Source: Patescibacteria group bacterium (GTDB taxonomy: Bacteria; Patescibacteriota; UBA1384; UBA12157; JAENIV01). Taken from it: 36,615 nt of DNA. Positions within the stretch are counted from its first letter, which is position 1; each line of letters begins with the position of its first letter. Under the pieces are notes generated by a model, which did no database searches, was not told where the DNA came from, and saw nothing but the letters and a program-made list of their open reading frames with translations. The stretch is from the NCBI GenBank assembly GCA_049515915.1, contig JBEKTP010000008.1, positions 1-36,615 of the forward strand, read 5' to 3'. Shown here piece by piece: positions 32,646 through 36,615 of this stretch. The translations under genes and the position numbers were made by a program.

Positions 32646-33857
32646 TTAAATTTTAATAAAAAATCGAATCGCTTCGAGAGCACCGCCCGAAAGAAGAGCG
32701 ACCGTAAAATTATCATCGATCCCGAAAACTGAGAAAAGATCAATTAGAGCCGCGGCCAAGGCGCCCAGGGCGACAAGCCAGAATGAAATTCCAAAGATCG
32801 TGCCAACATAGACGCCAAAGAAAAGGCAAAAACTAAAGTAAGCCAAAAAGCCTTCCAAACTACGCTCTCCAAAAATAAATCTTTTCGAATATTGAGCGCC
32901 AAAAAATTTCGCGGCCAAGTCTCCAAAGATAATAAAAGTAATCGCTAAAATAGCAATCTGACGTTCAAAAAGAAGAATCGCTAAAAAATTTGCTAAAATA
33001 AAATAAGTCAAAGAAGAAAATCTTAACCGTTCTTTTTCTTTGAATACACCTTTAAATCTAAAAAGCAAAAGATTGATACCTTGATTGGAGAGCCGAGCCA
33101 AATCAACGATAATTAGAATCAGACCTAAAATACCTAAGATCCAAAGAATCACCTCTTTTGACGTGTAAATGTAAATAATCGGAATTAAAATGGCTAATGG
33201 TCTGGCAATTGTGCGCCAATGGAGCATTTCATTTTTGGTGTGATCTTTGAGGTGAACAATACCTTCCTTTTTAATAATCGAAACATTGATAACGAAAATA
33301 TAGATAAAAATAGCGATGATAACGGCGATATAGAACCAGCTGGCAGGGTTTAAAATCAAAAGCTTAATCAAAATCAGCCATAAAAGCGGGATGGTGGCAA
33401 GTCCCAACACATCACCCTTGTAAGCAATATAAAGTAGACTTAAAACAACGACGACTAAAGCCGAAAATTCTTGCCAGGGAAAAGAAATGACCAAAAAAAG
33501 TTTAACCGACGAGAAAAAGAATAAACTCATCAGCACCGCTACACCTTGGCCACCGCGAAAATTTAAATAAAAAGGGAAAACGTGGCCCAAAAAGGCACCC
33601 AAACCGGCTAAAAGATACCAGGGATCATGGACTCCCAGTTTCCACGCAATAAAAATCGCCAAAACCCCTTTTAATAGATCGTAAATTATTGTAATAATTC
33701 CAGGCGCGATCCCGATATTTTTTAAAACGTTAGTTCCTCCGGCATTTTTGGTGCCGAAAGTGCGAATGTCCTGGTGCTTCAAAAGCCAACCAAAAAAATA
33801 GGCGGGATTGATCGATCCCAATAAGTAACCGATTAAAATAGATAAAAATAAAATCAT
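32646..33857 (-). CDS. PlsY-like acyltransferase domain fused to a CTP-dependent lipid kinase-like (dolichol/phytol/DAG kinase) domain
   Basis: N-half: GYLLGSI, DIR..G..NAGGTN, DLLKG, GHVFP.YL.FRGGQGVA. C-half: GDLAA..FG, RSLEG, IDDNF.V. Confidence 0.8.
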   Translation of the reverse strand: MILFLSILIGYLLGSINPAYFFGWLLKHQDIRTFGTKNAGGTNVLKNIGIAPGIITIIYDLLKGVLAIFIAWKLGVHDPWYLLAGLGAFLGHVFPFYLNFRGGQGVAVLMSLFFFSSVKLFLVISFPWQEFSALVVVVLSLLYIAYKGDVLGLATIPLLWLILIKLLILNPASWFYIAVIIAIFIYIFVINVSIIKKEGIVHLKDHTKNEMLHWRTIARPLAILIPIIYIYTSKEVILWILGILGLILIIVDLARLSNQGINLLLFRFKGVFKEKERLRFSSLTYFILANFLAILLFERQIAILAITFIIFGDLAAKFFGAQYSKRFIFGERSLEGFLAYFSFCLFFGVYVGTIFGISFWLVALGALAAALIDLFSVFGIDDNFTVALLSGGALEAIRFFIKI

Positions 33858-33875
33858 CTGAACGACTTTATTATA

Positions 33876-35114
33876 TCACTTCTTTTTTGTTTGGTAGTAT
33901 TTTCGCCCCTGGAGATTTTTAGGCAAAAATGAAAACTTTTTATGGAACTCGGGATCGTCGGTCCATTTGTAGTCTTTACCGAAACCGAGATCTTTCATTA
34001 ATTTAGTGGCGGCGTTACGAAGATGCAGTGGCACCGGTTCGAGCCGGCGTTCATCGACATCACCCATGGCGGCCATTAGACCGTTGTAGGAAGCACGTGA
34101 TTTAGGCGCTAGTGCCAAATAGGTAGCACATTGAGCAAGAATGATCCCCGCTTCAGGCATGCCGACCATATGGACGGCATGCATACAAGAAGTGGCGACG
34201 ACCAAAGCGGTGGGGGCGGCATTCGAAATATCTTCGGAGGAAAATATCACCATTCGTCGGGCAATAAAGACCGGATCTTCGCCGGCTTTAATCATTCTAG
34301 CTAACCAATAAAGTGAAGCATCGGGATCATTGCCGCGCATCGATTTGATAAAAGCGGAAATCGTATCATAATGCCAGTCTCCTTTTTTATCGAAATAGAT
34401 AGCCTTTTTTTGAACAGCTTCCTCAGCGATATTTAGATCTACCTTCTTGGATAAATAAGCGGCCATTTCCACGGCGTTAATCGCTGTCCGGGCGTCGCCA
34501 TTAGCCATTTTAGCAATGTATTGAATCGCTTTTAAATCGAACTTATGCTTTGGGAAGTAGTGTAACGCTCGTCGAATTAGTTTTTCAACTTCGTTATCTT
34601 CAAGGGCATTGAGAACAAAAACTTGCGAGCGTGAAATTAACGGCGCATTGACTTCGAAAGAAGGGTTTTCGGTCGTCGCGCCGACTAAGATAATTATGCC
34701 ATTTTCAACATGGGGCAAAAAAGCGTCTTGCTGGGCCTTATTAAAGCGGTGAATTTCATCAACAAAGAGAATGGTTCTTTTTTGATGGAACTTTAACCTT
34801 TCCGATGCCTCTTTGGTTATCCGTCGGATATCGGCGACGCCGGCGGTAACAGCCGAAAATTCTTCGAACTGAGATTTAGTATAGTTGGCAATAAGTTTGG
34901 CGATGGTTGTTTTACCAACGCCGGGCGGTCCCCATAAAATAATTGATTGGACTTCACCTTTTTTAATCATTTCATATAGGGGTTTTCCTTTGCCTAGAAT
35001 ATGCTCTTGGCCGACCATTTCTTCTAGCTTTTTAGGTCTCATTCGCTCGGCCAATGGGGCAAAAGTAGCTACATTTTGCTTTAAATTTTGATCAAATAAA
35101 TCGTTCTCTTTCAT
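33876..35114 (-). CDS. rarA: Replication-associated recombination protein A (MgsA/RarA)
   Basis: [53 protein letters not shown] and VPLHLRNA; ATG 35114. Confidence 0.96.
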   Translation of the reverse strand: MKENDLFDQNLKQNVATFAPLAERMRPKKLEEMVGQEHILGKGKPLYEMIKKGEVQSIILWGPPGVGKTTIAKLIANYTKSQFEEFSAVTAGVADIRRITKEASERLKFHQKRTILFVDEIHRFNKAQQDAFLPHVENGIIILVGATTENPSFEVNAPLISRSQVFVLNALEDNEVEKLIRRALHYFPKHKFDLKAIQYIAKMANGDARTAINAVEMAAYLSKKVDLNIAEEAVQKKAIYFDKKGDWHYDTISAFIKSMRGNDPDASLYWLARMIKAGEDPVFIARRMVIFSSEDISNAAPTALVVATSCMHAVHMVGMPEAGIILAQCATYLALAPKSRASYNGLMAAMGDVDERRLEPVPLHLRNAATKLMKDLGFGKDYKWTDDPEFHKKFSFLPKNLQGRKYYQTKKK

Positions 35115-35156
35115 CGTAAATGTATTATACACCCTTGTGAAAATTAAAAAATTACT

Positions 35157-35178
35157 AAAAAAAGCCCGATGGCTTTTT
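35157..35178 (-). terminator. Intrinsic terminator
   Basis: Minus strand AAAAAGCC-ATCG-GGCTTTTTTT, downstream of the 35234-35542 gene. Confidence 0.6.
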
Positions 35179-35233
35179 GATAACTAAAAACCCCTTCCAA
35201 CAAGAAAGATGGCCTCTTGTCGGTACATATAAT

Positions 35234-35542
35234 TTATTTGACTTTATAAACTTGGTCCCCTTCTCTGACGCGGCCAGTTACTTTAAGCCCCACGACATCG
35301 CCTTTTTTGGCTGCCTCGACATCTTTGTGTTCGACTTGCATCGAGGTAACTTCCTGATCGATATCGGTGGTGTGGCCTTTGATTTTAATTTTATCGCCAG
35401 CATTTAGTGCGGCTTTAAGTTCGACAATACCAACTTCCAAACCGTCATAGTAATGGGTAATTTTACCGATTGAGCTACCCTCTGATTTTTCTTCTTTCGT
35501 ACTCTTTTTTTTGCTTTTTACGTCACATTTTCCGCAAGACAA
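35234..35542 (-). CDS. Small beta-barrel protein (EF-Tu domain II-like / U32 peptidase C-terminal-like)
   Basis: IGKITHYY...VGIVEL...L..GD.I.IKGHTTD..Q.V.SMQ.EH..V..AKKGD.VGLKV...VREGD.VY; TTG start with GGGAGGTGAT SD. Confidence 0.8.
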   Translation of the reverse strand: MSCGKCDVKSKKKSTKEEKSEGSSIGKITHYYDGLEVGIVELKAALNAGDKIKIKGHTTDIDQEVTSMQVEHKDVEAAKKGDVVGLKVTGRVREGDQVYKVK

Positions 35543-35614
35543 TTAAATCACCTCCCTTCTAATTTAATTATACCAGCCGCGTCAAGACTTACTAATCGAA
35601 TTGTTTAAGAAAGC

Positions 35615-35643
35615 TTGACATTTTAACTTAGATATGCTACAAT
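35615..35643 (+). promoter_or_regulatory. Sigma70-type promoter for the lytic transglycosylase
   Basis: TTGACA, 17 bp, TACAAT, with extended TG. Confidence 0.8.
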
Positions 35644-35749
35644 TTGCTGTCTTTCGGAAGTCCCGGAAGATTTTTTTATACCTTAGGTTTTGCCTTCCGA
35701 GCAACAAGTGTTGGAAAGGTAAGACAAAAGGTTAAGGACACCATCAGAT

Positions 35750-36442
35750 ATGTTAACTAAAGCGTTAACTGCCCAAAACAATTTTAAACAATTGATTAAG
35801 CGAAACTGGAAGAAGTTATCGACTTTTTCTTTAACTCTTAAATTTGCTTCCGTTTTTGCCCTTTTGGCAGTTATCCCGGGTACTCCAAAAATTACGGCCA
35901 ATACTTATAATGCGGCTGATACCAATATTTCATTGGATACTAATAGTTCATCAGTGTTGAGTGAAGGGTCTCACCAAGTTCAGATAATTTCAGGAACTTC
36001 TAATCTTGATGCCCAAAAAGCGGTTAAGCCGCAAGGCCAGTTAGCCTCGGTTAGTTATAGCCCGGCTATTTCTCGCGACGGTTCTTATTTCCAAAATATT
36101 TATAAAGCGGCCGGTGCCCAGTTCGGTGTTCCTTGGAAATTACTTCAAGCCGTTCACTACGTTGAATCTGGCTGTTCCGATTCTGGTTCTAAAACATCTT
36201 CAGCCGGTGCCCAAGGCCCGATGCAGTTTATGCCGAGCACTTTCCGTGCCTATGCCGTTGACGGTAACGGTGACGGTCAAATCAATATTGACAATGTTAA
36301 TGATGCTATTTATACGGCCGCTCACTATTTAGCGGCGGGCGGTGCGGCTGATGGTAATATCAGCGCTGCCTTGTTTAATTATAACCACTCACAAAGCTAC
36401 GTAAACAAAGTTTTGGAAGTTTATAACAGCATTCAGGGATAA
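35750..36442 (+). CDS. Exported or membrane-anchored lytic transglycosylase (SLT domain)
   Basis: Hydrophobic N-terminal segment; AVHYVES (catalytic Glu), SSAGAQGPMQFMPSTF, DGNGDG and YNHS..YV. Confidence 0.9.
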   Translation: MLTKALTAQNNFKQLIKRNWKKLSTFSLTLKFASVFALLAVIPGTPKITANTYNAADTNISLDTNSSSVLSEGSHQVQIISGTSNLDAQKAVKPQGQLASVSYSPAISRDGSYFQNIYKAAGAQFGVPWKLLQAVHYVESGCSDSGSKTSSAGAQGPMQFMPSTFRAYAVDGNGDGQINIDNVNDAIYTAAHYLAAGGAADGNISAALFNYNHSQSYVNKVLEVYNSIQG

Positions 36443-36493
36443 AATTTAAATTCGCAAAAAGAGCTAGCGATTGTCTCAAAGGCTTTTTTTGTT

Positions 36494-36615
36494 GGCAAAT
36501 TCAAGAATTTAATGCGCCACCTCGTTGATATAAGCCCGTAATTTTTCATTGGGTGTTTGGTAATTTAGATTCTTTCTCGGATGGTTATTGAGCCGTTCCT
36601 GAATTTCTTGCAAGT
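36494..36615 (-). mobile_element. Right end of an IS30-family element (transposase C-terminus, stop at 36509-36511, plus terminal inverted repeat)
   Basis: Minus strand translates to LQEIQERLNNHPRKNLNYQTPNEKLRAYINEVAH*, matching the IS30 LN.RPRK.L...TP.E motif; it ends in GGCGCATTAAATTCTTGAATTTGCC, resembling IS30-family IRs that overlap the stop codon. Confidence 0.8.

Noticed and set aside
1-36615. Alternative genetic code (TGA = Gly, as in Gracilibacteria/Absconditabacteria)
   Set aside because: Long conserved genes are uninterrupted in the standard code and several end at TGA right before or overlapping the next gene (e.g. secD, gmk, ATPase 2).

Overview
Chromosomal segment of a reduced-genome bacterium, most likely Patescibacteria/CPR. 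This is inferred from the CPR-type gene content and order (rplJL without rpoB, ybeY-ftsA-ftsZ without the rest of the dcw cluster, twin membrane-anchored VirD4/HerA-like ATPases). TGA is used as a stop, so the code is the standard one. The window starts in the 3' end of an IS200/IS605 tnpA and ends in the 3' end of an IS30-family element. Most genes are housekeeping: rplJ, rplL, tgt, secDF, gmk, an RluA-family synthase, a UvrD helicase-nuclease, ftsAZ, ybeY, rpsU and rarA. Five features stand out. (1) A compact B12 capture-and-use module: class II RNR nrdJ, cobO, then a cobalamin riboswitch leading a transcobalamin-like membrane protein, a solitary ECF-S-like transporter and an atypical thioredoxin. 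(2) A LAGLIDADG intein in the NrdJ active site that ends in Leu-Asp instead of His-Asn. (3) A consensus promoter driving an ORF-less ~110-nt hairpin RNA with an anti-Shine-Dalgarno loop. (4) A PlsY-like domain with altered catalytic motifs fused to a CTP-dependent lipid kinase-like domain. (5) An L7/L12 with a ~90-aa acidic N-terminal extension and a possible internal start. All family assignments come from motif recognition by eye, not database searches.
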